Positions 1 to 12,985 of a stretch of DNA of 64,000 nt are shown one piece after another (the stretch's first letter is position 1; the number at the start of each line of letters is the position of its first letter). A program made the position numbers and the translations under genes. Location: NCBI RefSeq assembly GCF_018977255.1, contig NW_024704743.1:65102001-65166000 (forward strand), read 5' to 3'. Below the pieces are notes generated by a model. It searched no databases. It had not been told where the DNA came from and saw only the letters and a list, made by a program, of their open reading frames with translations. Origin of the DNA: Callorhinchus milii (Eukaryota).

Positions 1-71
1 GTGGTTTTGCGGCAAATCAGTTGCAAACTCACAGTACTGAACCACACCACTCAATTATATTCGGTACCATT

Positions 72-410
72 CTGTGGTTAGAGCACTCGCCTCACGAGCG
101 AGAGGACCCAGGTTCAATATCCTGGCAGGGCAAAAGCTTACGCAAGTTCTTTACTCCACTCGCCTGTTTACCTAGCAGTAAGTAGGAACCCGGTTGTTAC
201 TCGATTGGTGAAGCGCTTTCCAGGGGTAATAATCACTTCACAAATATTAAATAAATAATAATAATTTGGTCACTCAATCCAAGACCGTTTGTGGACGCTG
301 CTTTGCACAAAAGTACACTTTACAATATATTCTGTGAAGCGCTTTGAGACGTCTCAACAACCTGATAAAACACTATCAAATGCAAGGATTATTATTATTA
401 ATAATAATTA
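72..410 (+). mobile_element. tRNA-derived SINE with L2-like 3' tail (long form)
   Basis: A-box-like gtggttagagc, B-box ggttcaatatcc, central ctgtttacctagcagtaagtaggaaccc block, tail gtgaagcgctttgagacgtc...atcaaatgcaaggattt(att)n; same family as many copies below. Confidence 0.85.
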
Positions 411-494
411 ATGAACAGGGTTTCCATATACACAAGTCTCCAAATGGGAGGAATACAACAGCTACCCTTTCAACCTTAAAAACTACCAAGATAC

Positions 495-770
495 AGATTT
501 ACTATTTCAGACAGAAGTCTTCATTCTGAACACTCAGTGCACTCTTTCCCCCAAAGGCTGTGGTTGCTGGACCCATTCACATCTTCAAGACTAAGGTGGA
601 TAGATATTTGTTTAGGTCAGAGTATTAAGGGATACAGGTCGGTGGGAGGGTGGGGGATGGTAATTGGAGTTGAGGTACAGATCAGCCATGATCTTATAGA
701 ATGGCAGAACAGGCTCGAAGGGCTCAATGGCCTACTCCTGTTACCGTGTTTTCTATATGAAGCATAATTC
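495..770 (+). mobile_element. CR1-type LINE 3' end
   Basis: actctttcccccaaaggctgtgg...gatcagccatgatcttatagaatggcagaacaggctcgaagggctcaatggcctactcctg: typical chondrichthyan CR1 ORF2 C-terminus and 3'UTR. Confidence 0.8.
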
Positions 771-1929
771 TGATAAGAAAACAGCTCCGAACTGTTACGT
801 ATGAAACAAGCAGTGAAAATATCCCACTTGGAAATTCACATTGGACATTTTTCAGTCACATTGGGACCCATAAATGTTGCCTTGGTAAATTGTGTTCAGT
901 AAATCAGTTCAGTGGTCAGTTAGTCCAATTACGATGGGCTCCCTTTATTAGTACTGAACAAGATTCAGGGGGTTCTTGGGCGAGATTATAAAAAGGAATT
1001 CTTAGACACGAGTTTGTACAATGATGTGGCTGCCAAAAAAGTAGGAAGCCAAAATCCAACCAAATAATAGAATGAACATCATGTTTAATTCCCACTCTTG
1101 TGTATCAAAACAATGGTACTGGAAATCATTTGTTATGGCTTATTGCTTCTTTTATGTGGAATTCAAGTCTTAACAATGTTATCTGAAGTAATTTTCCTAC
1201 AAACCTTTAGAGCTGCAACTTCTATTGAATGCATCTGCTGGAATGCTTCAATTATTTATCTTTTTGTTTTCATGTGGCTTTTGACAAATGAATCTGAGTA
1301 TTTTCAGTAATTCTTTTACCAATTAAAAGTAGTTTTAAACTTGGAGAAATTTTATCCATAAATGAAGTTTTACAAAGCACAAATCAATTAGATTTTTTCA
1401 TGAGATTACTGCACGACCAATTTCTGACAGATCTTGTTTAACTATCACAGTATTCAAATTGAAAGGGACAGTCCTCTCTAGTTCTGCTGAAAATACACCA
1501 TTATTGTGTTAAAGAATTACCATGATGTTCTTTACTTGATAAGCGCCTCAAATGAAGATCTGATTTTTTAAAAAAACTGATGTATTCAATGTTAGATACT
1601 GTACCCAAAATAGTCCAGTGTGTTTTGGGTCAGACAACTAGGATGGGCTAGGAAAATGAACTACATGGCAGAAAATTTGTACCTTTGGAAGATGATAGAA
1701 TAGATCCGAGTTGGAGAAAGACCTACACGGAAAGCCAACGCTGAGATGGTGGCACTCAACTGCACACAAGACCTGAATGAAACAACTATGGCAGCTAGCA
1801 GAGAAGAGTGGATGATGCTTTGTGTTATCTAGAGGCAACCTGGTTATGATTGACTGTCACTTAGAATTGATCATTCGTGGATTCCTCATTTTGGGAGGAT
1901 ACTTCTTTGTGTGAAGGATACTGTAATCA

Positions 1930-2255
1930 TTTAGAATCATAGAGTCTTACGGCACAGAAAGTGGCCACTTGGTCCATCTTGTCTGTGCCTGCTCTTTGAA
2001 AGAGCTACCCACTAGCCCCGCTCTTACCCCAAAGCCCTGCAAATTTTTCCTTTTCAAGTACCTATCCAATTCTCTTTTGAAAGCTATGATCGAATCTGCT
2101 TCCACCACCCTTTCAGGCAGTGCATTCCAGATCATAACAACTCTGGGTAAAAAAATGTCTCCTTGTCTCTCCTCTGGTTCTTTTGCCAATTAGCTTAAAG
2201 CTTTGTCCTCTGCTTACCGACCTACCTACCAGAGGAAACAGTTTCTCCCCATCTG
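1930..2255 (-). mobile_element. CR1-type LINE 3' end
   Basis: ORF 1947-2189 reads RVVMIWNALPERVVEADSIIAFKRELDRYL (CR1 ORF2 C-terminus), followed by 3'UTR and a ctatgattct-type tail. Confidence 0.9.
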
Positions 2256-4649
2256 ATATTTGAATTATTGTATCAGTAATATATGTGTAATGGTAAAATA
2301 AATCATTGCTCTTCTGCTGCGGTGTTTAAAATGGCAATATAACATTTCAGAATTATTTTTTACATTGCTAGTCACCATGGTGAGAGTGACACTCCTGAAT
2401 AATGCTGGAGATTTACTTCCTACCCAATGCAACATCAATTTTAATGCCTTTGAAGTTATTTCTGAAAAAAACAAAGCTTCTTTAAGTTATCCATGTGTTA
2501 AATCCATAAAGTTTAGCATTTTGTTTAGAGATTGTACAGGTGATGAAATTCAATAGTAGCTGGAAGTCTCGTAACAAAACATTGAAGCTTTAAGGCTTTA
2601 TTCATACACATGCAGGTTGTTTGTGAGGAAGTTTTAGTTGCTTCCCCTAAATCTTAAGTCCTCATACTTTATTCTTTCTTTATCCCCATCCCGGCACAAA
2701 TAGATAGATCTTAACTTGTTCCTCTTTTACACATTTCTTCACCCCACAACACCCAAAATTAAGTCTCCTACTCCCTGCTATTTTGATTTTTAGCAAGCAA
2801 AACTCAAGTTTTGGCAATGGCACCTCGACTCCTGTTAATTTGGTTACACGGAATATAAAGGAGCTGTATTCTAATGGTCTAAATTCTGAGCTTAGCCAGT
2901 CAATTACACTTCAAAGTACTGACAATATATGTACAGCATTGGTCTGTAAAACTGAGTGGGGGGGAGTGGAAGATAACTGAAAGCAGGGTCAGACAGATAG
3001 ATCGTAAGATGGGCTTTGAAAGCGGAGAGGAAGGGGTGGGAGGGGTTGAGGAGGAGGAATCCAGGATAGAGTTCCAGAGAGGTGAGGCAGAATGGCTGAA
3101 AGTTCGCCCGCCAATGGTGAGCAGAAGACTTGAAGCAAACCAATGTTAGCTGAGTAGAAGGAGCAGCCGGGGGCAGTAGGATCTACTATAGCTGATTTGA
3201 TGTGAATTCAGGATTAATGAGAATCAACTGGATAAATACCAATAAGTTGGTGAGAATTCATTGGGGGTAGTTTCATGGCTAGTTTTGTACCTAGCTCAGA
3301 TACTGTAGGAACTGTTTACAGAAACATATGCACAACAAACATGACATTTCTTTTGATCTATTTGGTCTTTTTGAGAAACACTGTAGTCTGCAGAGGGAAT
3401 TGATTGTGTTTTGAGCAAATGTTCCCTTTTAAACTAACACACCCACTAATTTTTAATTGCTGTCCACTGTACCATAAGTATTCAACGTTTAATGGAGCAA
3501 TACAGTTTGAATAGGATATTAATTTACCACAATACTGTATTTTACCGTATCCACCAGTGACAGTAGCCTCTATGCAATACTAGGGCAATTGAGAGCCCTG
3601 CATCCAAATAAATCAATGGAGTTGTGCACATTAACATCTCTCATATGTTTTTGCTGATATTTTACAAGTATAGAAAGCTAATGTGCCCTGGTTGCAGATA
3701 CACAGCTGCTAACCTTATAGTCTTGCTGGTAGAATCCTGCTCTTTCAGATTGTCTTGCTATCTTTATCAAACATCTGATTTCACCAATCCTACAGCATTT
3801 AACTATACATTTTGGGTCAGTGAGTTACAAACAACCACTCCACATTTATGATCAGCATTTCTAGAAGAGACAAATAGCTTTCAAAATCTACTGCACTAAA
3901 ATCTTGCATTATTTAGTAAACTAAAGGGTAAATAGTGCCCATTATATTCAATGCCCATTAAAAGAAACTCAATTATTGCTGAAACTAGCAGTGACATCAG
4001 CAACAGAACTGAGAATGTGCTAATGTCTTCAGTGTTTATCACATGTTCTCATCAGTATATGAAGTTCATTCCTTTTTAAGCCACTTGAGCTGTGATTTAT
4101 GTAAATCTGCTCAGGTTGGCTAATTCTGTGCTTTCTCACTACCAGTCTATTGCTGACAGCTGATTTTTTCACATTCGCTGACTGTTTCTGTGTTACTGCT
4201 CCTTACTAATGAGGACTCTCTGTTAGCAACAAATTGCAGGGTAAGAGTTATCGATGATTCACTGAGAGTCTTAATCTGTCTGAGGCTAATCAATATATCA
4301 CTATTAGCAACCACTGCAGAGGAAGGGTAATTCATATAAAGCGAGCAGAAATAAATCGTGGATTGGGAATCACAACGGTGGAACGAGTAGGGAAGAAAAC
4401 ATGGAGCGAGAGCACATAATTTTTAGAAAGTGGTTGTGAGAATCCATGCACAAGAGCAGAACGCTTTGTGAATAAACTGCCTGAACTGCATTACTGGAAA
4501 ATATACAACTTTTAAAATATATATTTAAAGGGTTATTCTTTCAAATTCTCTAAAATGTTAATAATTAAATCACTGGATAAAAGAATCAGTTTTATTCAGG
4601 GCAAGTTTTCTTTTCATACTCACAGTAGTAAAGCTACCATTTGCTTTGA

Positions 4650-5215
4650 TGGGGGCAGGGAATCTTCCCCCTCAGCTCCTATAAACCCTGCCATAAAAGC
4701 CCTCATTGGACAGGGTAGTCCTAGCTTGACAAGCTGTGGGAAGCTTGCCAGAAAAGCCCTCAATGACATTTTTAGCTGGTTAAACAGCCTGGGTGCCTTG
4801 GTTCTTACCAACCTGTGCCTAATACTCTGCACGCTACGGAATTAAGTAAATAGGGTGTGCATGCCATTCCAGATACAGGGACATGTCTACGTATAGGTGG
4901 CATACACATGTGAAACTCTTAAATATGGTCAAAACACAAAATATTGCAGATGCTGGAAATCTGAAACAAAAACAGAAGTCTCTGAGAACACTCAGCAGGT
5001 CAGGCAGCATCTATGGAGAAAGGAAAGTGAGTCAACTTTTCGGGTCCATGACCCCGTGTTCTGACGAAGGGTCATGGACCTGAAAAGTTGACTCACTCTC
5101 CTCTCTCCATAAATGCTGCCTGACCTGCTGAGTGTTCCCAGCGACTTCTGTTTTGGTTTCTTAAGCATGGTGTTTGGTTTCCCCATGTATCAGACACCCA
5201 GCTGACCATAAGCAA
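4650..5215 (-). repeat. Unclassified interspersed repeat family, copy 1 (interrupted by Penelope-type palindrome)
   Basis: Reverse complement shares gggtgtctgatacatgg, catgcttaagag, gtaagaaccaaggc, ttaaccagctaaaa and gattccctgcccc with the copies at about 10810, 44495 and 50152. Confidence 0.7.
4930..5160. mobile_element. Palindromic Penelope-like-element-derived repeat
   Basis: 92-bp inverted arms 4963-5054 and 5069-5160 with 7 mismatches; gatgctggaaatctgaaacaaaaacag...cagcaggtcaggcagcatc and ctgacgaagggtc..gacctgaaa motifs; degenerate 12-bp TSD cttaaatatggt / cttaagcatggt. Confidence 0.75.
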
Positions 5216-5900
5216 ACATCTCCTTTGTACCCCTTATATTATGTCAATGCAATGGTTTGTTCAGAAGAACTCTGAAATTCCTCTCATGGAATTAGAAGTT
5301 GGGAGAACCACCAAAACAAGGTATTAGGGAACTTGTTTCAATGTCTACTTCTGCGACCGATTGGAAGTGGAATTTTGAGAAAAGGATTGATGTACTGTAC
5401 TTTAACAGCACAGGCTAGGAAACAGCAACACATCTTTTTTNCACCATGTTTCAGCTGAAGTGACTGGCACCACAATACTGCTGCCTCAATCTCGAGCAAT
5501 GTCAATCCGAGCTCTGAAACCACTTTAGTCAAAACCATTTATCATGGGCTGGCTTAACTTCTCAGCTCCATGAATCATTGGGGCTGTAAATATGATAAAA
5601 TATATAAATATATTACAATATAAGTGTCAACAGGGAACTGAAGTGATAAAACGTGCTGTTACTGATACTTAGCTGGTTAAAGACTATCAATCTTTTTCTT
5701 AAAATTGCAGTTTCAGACTCACAGAGCTGGAATTACAAACTAGCTCCCTAACAACAATTTACATTTAAAAAGCTCTTTCACTTCGGGATGACATCTCAAA
5801 GCTCATTACACAACTGACTGGGAGCCTGAGCTGAGGGAGATGGGGTGCTGGTAGTGGTGGTGGGGGGTTGGGGATGGCTGGCTGAAAGCAGGTAAAAAGA

Positions 5901-6211
5901 TAACAACAACAATCCTTGCATTTGATATAGCGCTTTTCACGTCTTCTAGACGTCCCAAAGCGCTTCACAGTATATACTGTAAAGTGAATTGACTGTACAT
6001 TTGTGGGCGAACGCGGCAGCCACTTGCGCACAGTAGTGTCCCACAAACAGTCGTAGATTGAAAATGACCAATTTTATTATTGTTTTGTTTTTTGGAGGGA
6101 TTATTATTAGGCTCTGTGTGGAGTAAGGAAACTTGCCCAAGGTTTCGCCCTCTGCCTGGAATTGAACTCAGGTCTCTCACTTGCAAAGCAAGTGCTCTAA
6201 CCACCGAGCTA
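5901..6211 (-). mobile_element. tRNA-derived SINE with L2-like tail (short form)
   Basis: Head tagctcggtggttagagc...gagttcaattcc; nearly identical to 15656-15975; lacks the central block. Confidence 0.9.
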
Positions 6212-6819
6212 AGATAAGTCATAAGGTAGGTTTTGAAGGCAGGGAGAGTGGGAGCAAGATGGATGGCATTTAAGAGAGCGGGGATTAGAATGGCTGAAAG
6301 CTCATCCACCGATGTTAGGGTGAATTGGGCAGGAGATATGAACCAGGAACAGTTTTCTGAGTGAAGGAGGTAGCTAAGGCAGTAGATTCACAGGAGGGTT
6401 AATAATAACTTGTTATTTTGATTGGTGATTGTCCCCGTTTCCATAAGAATGCTATTAAAATGCTCTGAGCAACATCCCATGAGAAACACAGAAATGTCTG
6501 TTGCACTTACAACAGGTTAAAGGAAAATAAAAATAGGTATCTGACGTGCAAATGGAACAATTGAAGGGAATGAAATTGGAGTCTACCCAAGGCAGATGGG
6601 ATGAAAAGCCTCGCCCTCTGCTAACTGGAAGGGCTCCAACTGAGTCTTTGGATGAATTGGGTATTTTTATTCCAATTAATATTGCGAATGAATCTGCACC
6701 ACAAAACTAGCAACATTTCCGCACAGGTTTACGCTTTGGCATTGTGAAGCCATAAAAATGCAAAAAATGGGAAAAATATGTTAACAGTCTTATAGCACCA
6801 CCTCTGAGAACGGTGCTTG

Positions 6820-7205
6820 CTTGTCTCATTTGATAGCACTCTCGCCTTAGAAGTTAGAAGTTTGTGGGTTCAAGCCCCACAAAAGGACTTTGAGCTCATA
6901 ATCTCGGCTGACATTCCAGAGCAATGATAGAGGAGTGCTGTACCACCCTCTGGATGAGATGTTAAATGAAGGTTGCATCTGCCTGTTCAGGTGGACTGAA
7001 TGATCCCATGACATTACTTGGAAAAAAGAGGAATTTCTCCAGGTGTCCTGGCCAACAACCAGATAAAATTGTCCATTCACCTCAAGGTTGTTCATCGAGT
7101 ATTGCTGTACCTAAATTGGCTGCTGAGCTTGTCAAGCTTTACAGTAAATCGTGTAAAGGACTTTGCGATGTTTTCATGCTGTCATGAGATATCAAATGCA
7201 GTTAT
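6820..7205 (+). mobile_element. Deu-domain SINE (AmnSINE1/SacSINE1-like)
   Basis: gtgggttcaagcccc...ggctgacattcc...gatgagatgttaaa...ctgcctgttcaggtgga...gatcccatgac...gtgtcctggccaac: Deu-domain hallmarks. Confidence 0.8.
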
Positions 7206-7559
7206 AATGGAGTTAAAACATATTTGTTGAAACACAGTAGAAAGAGCATTAAGGGGTTAGGTTATTTTTCAGTGAACACTTCACTTAGCCTTGTTCTCTG
7301 GAATTTCACTCCTTCCTTCTCTGCTTTTTGTAAAAAGAACTTCTTTGATTGCACCTATGATCATATCCCACATACCCCTCTTCTCTCACCTTATTTGGCC
7401 TCTGACTCCATCTCCGTAAAGTGCTTTGAGATGTTCTCCCAATGTGAAAGATGCAATATAAATGCAAGTTGTTGTTGTCAGTGTTCACTGACCTCTGCCA
7501 AGCAGTGCATATTCTGGCAAGAAGTGCATGTTTGGTGAATGTATTGAGCTTCACTCTTC

Positions 7560-7755
7560 ACTCCTCGCCCCCTCCTTAGCCTCCTTCAAATCCTATCTCA
7601 AGACCCTCCTCTTCGACCATGCCATTGGTCACCCCCCTTCCCCTCCCCTCCTTCCCCCCCCCCAACCCGTGTCTGAAATGCTGTACTCTGTCCAGCGCCT
7701 TGGGACGTCCTCCCGACATGAAAGGCGCTATACAAATGTAATCTTGTTGTTGTTC
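7560..7755 (+). mobile_element. L2 LINE 3' end
   Basis: APSLASFKSYLKTLLF ORF2 end, C-rich UTR, stem-loop agcgccttgggacgtcctcccgacatgaaaggcgct, (ttg)n tail. Confidence 0.85.
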
Positions 7756-9544
7756 ACTCACTTGTGTTTAGATTGCAATTAGTCATTTGAAGAGTTCACC
7801 ACCAAAGGTCTGTAAATATAATGACAAGCGGACAACTCTTCAACTCTTAACATGGCCCATGATGTACCTTGCAAACCTAAGCACACTTCATCCTAACACT
7901 CAAAGCAAAAGTGAAACAGGATTCCTCCATCAGCACTGACATCTCTCACCCCGATAAGCACAAATAAGCATTTCCTGTAAGTAAGGAGTAAACTTTAGAC
8001 CTTTTAAAAACGCAACACTTGTTTTTATACTACAAACCATTTCTAAAAACAAGTCTCTGGCAATTTCTTCTTAATATTGTGAAGTGGAATGACAAGAGTG
8101 CTCAGGACATAGATTGTTGCTTTGTTTCCAGTATTCTCAAATTAAATTAAAAATGTGTGATCTTGTTCAGCACAAATTTCCATTTTGGTGCTGAAATTCT
8201 ACTACAGTGCAATCCTCAAAGGATTAAAAGCTCAGCTCCTCTTTCAAACAGCATGCCACTTTGAACGCTGTTGCTAAGAGGAAACAGTAAAAATAACATC
8301 ACAGTAATCCTTCAATAAAATGATCCTTTCATGTTAGTGCCATTGTTTTAACAGTTTTAATATCACTTTCAAAACTCAATAATTGTTCCATACTTTGATT
8401 TTCTTTTAGAATCTTTCCACTGTTAGTTTTTTGGAATTGCAGAACTTGTACATTGCTTAACAGTGCACTGTTAAGAAAACATTTAGATCGAAAACAGAGC
8501 TTTAAATGCCTTCAAACAAAGTTAATCCTTTTCCCTAAATGAGAAGTTTTATTCAGTGAAAAATACATTCACTTCAGCGGGAGCCATTTTTTTCCATGTG
8601 AGGGCAAAGGATAAATATTTGTTGGAAAGAAAATGTTATTTATTCTTTTTCAATTAAAAGACTGAAGCAGTGAAAAGTTGTGACCTTTTTAGAATTACAT
8701 TATTAAGTTATGGTACTGCAGCTGTCAAGTTTTAAGTGCTCTGTATATTAGAAATATGCACGATGACCCATATATTGGAATACAAGAAAGAATTTCCCTT
8801 ACATGGGACGCTGTAGCAGTGATGTTTACCAAAATAGAAATGATTACTGAAACATCTTGTGTCTGTCTCTAAAGCAATGCATTACCGTGTTTATATGCAG
8901 GGTACATTGATTTTTACTTTGACGTAAAAACTGTCTCCACTGTGCAGAAAACCCCCGAAGAAGGCTCAACTGTGGTCATTTTTTAATTTGCTAATAAAAG
9001 CAACAGTTCAGTGTACTGTACTGTGCAGTGGATCTGCAACATTTAGTGCGAGGGACATAGGTCCGTGCTGTGCAGGGTGATGCCTAGCAGAGGCAGTGAA
9101 CCCCATGAGGGGGAGAGCGGGAATCAGAGGGTATTCTCCACCAAGTCATTCTGGCATGTATTGTGGCAGCTAGCTGAAAGCAACTGACAACAGCCCAAAA
9201 CAGAGCCTCGACAGTCTGCTAAAAGGAGAACACATATACAACTAGAAAAGAATGGCTGTCATTAATGACTTATGTACTAACTATTAAAATAAACTGTATG
9301 TGATTGACAACATCAACCTTTGCACATTGGTAGTTTTGCATATAAGTTAGCTGTCGTGGGCAAGCTGTGTCATACAAAAGGCATTTTTAATGTATTAGTA
9401 GGAATCACATCACTTTTAAATATTTATTTTAGCTCCAATATTTAATTATTTTCTTCTCTCTAAGTATACTTCCCACGCCGCCCTCATTCCTATTATAGCA
9501 GGTATGTAAGCAACATGATCCCAAGGCTCTGCATCTGCCATAAG

Positions 9545-9985
9545 ATTGTGATCTAAGACATGGACATGGATTAGTAACTGGCTAAAGGGAAGGAAGCAGA
9601 GTGTTGTTGTAAGGCAAAAAAAATGAAATGGAGGTGAAGGTATTGAGAGGGTTGCCTCGAGCCTGGGATCCCTTCTGTTCCTGATATACTTAAAATGTCT
9701 TGAATGCACTCCATTGTAAGGTAATACAATTTGCAGGTGACATCAAGCTAAGAGGGTTTGTTGAATTACAGAAGGCAACAAAGATTTTCCAAAGAAAACT
9801 CGATAAGGAATACAGTTGGACTTATCATTATCAAATTAAGATAAACACTGATAAATTCAAGGTACTGTGTATAGGAAGTACACACAGAAGGCAGATGTGC
9901 TCCATGGATGGGTTAGAACATGTCAAGGGGAAGCTGGGAAACCAAGGGGCATGAGTTGACTCACTGTTCACCATGATCGAATGGG
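9545..9985 (+). mobile_element. Decayed CR1 reverse-transcriptase fragment
   Basis: TWISNWLKGRKQSVVV, LLFLIY, KVIQFAGDIKL (FADDTKL-like) and INTDKFKVLCIG remnants with frameshifts. Confidence 0.8.
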
Positions 9986-9989
9986 TCTG

Positions 9990-10280
9990 AGCTGCTCAAT
10001 CTCCCCGGGTTCTCCCTCAGTCTCACCGAACCCGTGCGAAACTTAGGCATCAGGTTTGATCCCCAGCTTTCCTTTCAAACCCACATGCGTTCACTGACCA
10101 GCACCACTTTTTTCCAACTCCATCACATTGCCTGCCTCCGTCTGTACCTCACAACCAATGCAGCCGAAACCCTCTTCCACACCTTCGTCACTTCGTGGCT
10201 GGACTGTACCAATGCCCTCCTCGCTGGTTTCCCCAGCTCCACTATACACAAAATTAAATTAATCCAAAACTCTGCCTATT
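9990..10280 (+). mobile_element. L2 ORF2 fragment
   Basis: ORF 10034-10282 RNLGIRFDPQLSFQTH...AETLFHTFVTSWLDCTNALLAG...LIQNSA is the L2 post-RT region. Confidence 0.88.
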
Positions 10281-10809
10281 AAATATTCCCAATCAATTCT
10301 ACAAACAGAAGATTAAGAGATGTCCCGGGAAGTCTGCAAAGGAACAAATAACGGAGCCTAGTTCTTTTGCTCAGCATGCTGTTTACCCGATTCACTGGCA
10401 CTAGCGTTAATAAAATCGATCAGTTCACCAATTTTACATACTACAATATCCCTCATAGGAACACAGGAGAAGTCTATTTAGCCCACCGAGCCTGGTCCAC
10501 CAGTTTAGTAAATCTAGCAGAGGCCAATGGCAACTTTTAAACAAATGTTCGTAACAAAAAAACACTCCTCCTAGCCACATTTGGTTATTTCCCTGCTGCA
10601 TGGAGATCAGCCACTCAATGTCCCAAGCTCAGTTGGTAGCCACTCAGCTGACATCAACTAAGAAACCTGTCAGTAATTGGCTCCATAGATTAATGTGGAT
10701 CAGCATTCTTCCCAGTCCTTGTCAATCCAGAGAATTGGACAGCACCAGTGCGATCAGTTTTTGTTTCTCATAAGTCTAATACCTGCGGAATAGAGGTTCA
10801 AAAGTTTTT

Positions 10810-11725
10810 CTTTAGTTAGCCAGGAACCTAAAATATGCAGAAACCTATCATCATGCTAAAGAGTATGCAAACCAGACCGAGAGTTCCATGCATCCAACAA
10901 CAACAAAATTACATTTATAAAGCGGCTTTCACGTTGGAAGGATGTACACCTGAGCTGGGGTTGGAATTCAGAGGGGTGGAGGGAGGGTGGCCAAAAGCAT
11001 GATCAAAGAGGAAAGTCTTGAGACGGGCCTTGAACAAGGGAGGGAGGGGGCAAGGCAGGGGGGATTCTGGGATAGAGTTCCTGAGGGTGGGGGCAGAAGA
11101 GCTGAGGTCCAACTGCACCTACACATGGAAATTCCCATGTATTGGAATAGAATGTACACTCTCTCCCTGGATGGATGCATCCTGCTTACCTAATTTCGAA
11201 GACTATCAAGCGCAAGCTAGTAAGAACCAAGGCTTGGGGACCCCAGAGTGTGCATTGGGGTACTGTTGGGAGATTAACCAGCTAAAACCGCATAGCTTGC
11301 CATTGATAGTAATGTCTAGCAAACTTAATGCTGCTTGTCCAGCTAAGACCACCTAATCCGTCATGTCTTTGGCTTGCAGGGTTAACAGGAGCTAAGTGAG
11401 TTGATTCCCTGCCCCAGTGACTGGTCTTCTCCTCCAATTCCTACCAATGAGCCAGGCTGGCTGTGCTGTTATCAGCAGTATCCTGGAGGGATGTACCAAG
11501 GAGCTGAACAGTTAAGGGTTTGCATCAGAGCTGGGATTTGAATTCAGAGGGGTGGGAGGGTACTACAGACCCACCTGGAATAGCAAGACCACCACAGAGG
11601 GCTGGCTCAATTCAGACTTTCGTTGCCAAATGTCACCTTGGAGGCAGTTCAGCTCCAAGGAGACCACGCTCTCACCAACACCCCACCCCCACCTCCATCC
11701 TCCCCAAAGAGGATAGTCACTAGTT
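10810..11725 (+). repeat. Unclassified interspersed repeat family, copy 2 (interrupted by L2 3' fragment about 10895-11115)
   Basis: Collinear with 44495-45245, including exact ccaaggcttggggaccccagagtgtgcattggggtact and terminal ccaaggagacc...gaggat(a/g)gtcacta. Confidence 0.78.
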
Positions 11726-12636
11726 GGTCAACAGTAGGAAGTAATGAGATTTCCTGTGAAGACAACCAGACAAAATGTCAAATGAAGCTTGGCGCCAACA
11801 CTAAAAATATACACTGTAAATGCCAAACACAAACTGCACTGCTTGGCAGTCTGAAACAAACAACTCCTTTGTCTGTTAAAAGTCCAGAATATGTAGAGGT
11901 TTATGAAAAATTATTGACAACGCAGGCAGGCTGAATTGATGGTACCCACTTTGGGTAAATATTGATTATTCAACCAGATTCCTCTACAAGGACAAATAAA
12001 AATGTACACTTTGAGCACGTGGGAAGATAGCAGTTGATCAAAGTATTCAATGATTTCAAAGAATAATGCCACGTTCTGTGGGTACGTTGGCAAACAACTA
12101 AAGGTCAGCTTCTGCTGAAACCGATTTTCGGAACTGAAACTACATGTCATTTTTGTAATGGCAGTAATGAAAATACCATTCGCCTGTAGAACATACAGTC
12201 ATTACACTCTACAATAAACTTTGTGAAGTGCTTTGAGATGTTTTGATAACCTGATAAGGTTCTATATCAAATGCTAGGACTTTTTATATCTAGTTTACAT
12301 CTAATTAGTAATTAGTAAACACCACTGATCACGTTCTCTATCACTTGGTTTGCCATGTAACTGATAAATGTAGGTTATCCCAGGAGTTGTCTTTGAGCAT
12401 AGAAACAGAAAACCATTGAGCTATCAAGCCTATTCAACCAGTTTATTAGATTATGGCAGATCATTTAATCTCAATTTTTCACCTTTTTGCCATAGCTCTT
12501 AATGTGCTAATTTTTGTCCATCTCACATTTAAGCATCCAAAATGATGCCTCTGGGGCAGTGCATTCCACATTTTCACAACTGTGAAGAAATGCTTCTGGA
12601 TTTCATTGCTAAACTTCTAACACACTTAAACATATA

Positions 12637-12985
12637 CAGTTGAACCCCATTATAAGGCACTCTTTATAATGCTGGTTTACCTACAAGATGGGTACCCTAT
12701 GGACCCACCCTGTGTTTTTGCACTGATGCAATGTGCAGTGAGTGATGTTGGTGACAACCTAATGACCTGGAAATCGGCTTTTTTTTTTAGCAGAGGATGT
12801 TTCCCACAAACAGTGCACAGAAAGTGCCAATAGCGGTGACCCAATGACACAGAAATCAGCCATTTTTTATACAAGAAACAGGTTGGTGTTCTGTAGACAG
12901 AAGGAGTGCTGACTAGTGGCCATTGGCAGGTACCATGTTATGACCCCTCCTCCTCCAGCTACTACCTTATAATGGGGTTCTATAT
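12637..12985. mobile_element. Non-autonomous Tc1/mariner-pogo (Tigger-like) MITE
   Basis: ta|cagttgaaccccattataagg at left, ccttataatggggttc at 12965-12980 (perfect 16-bp inverted match); no ORF. Confidence 0.7.

Noticed and set aside
5765..6046. Pro-rich PAIPNPPPPLPAP after a ttttacctgctttcag acceptor, as a possible next COBL exon
   Set aside because: No KRAP basic residues; it lies in a decayed L2 C-rich 3'UTR next to a SINE tail.
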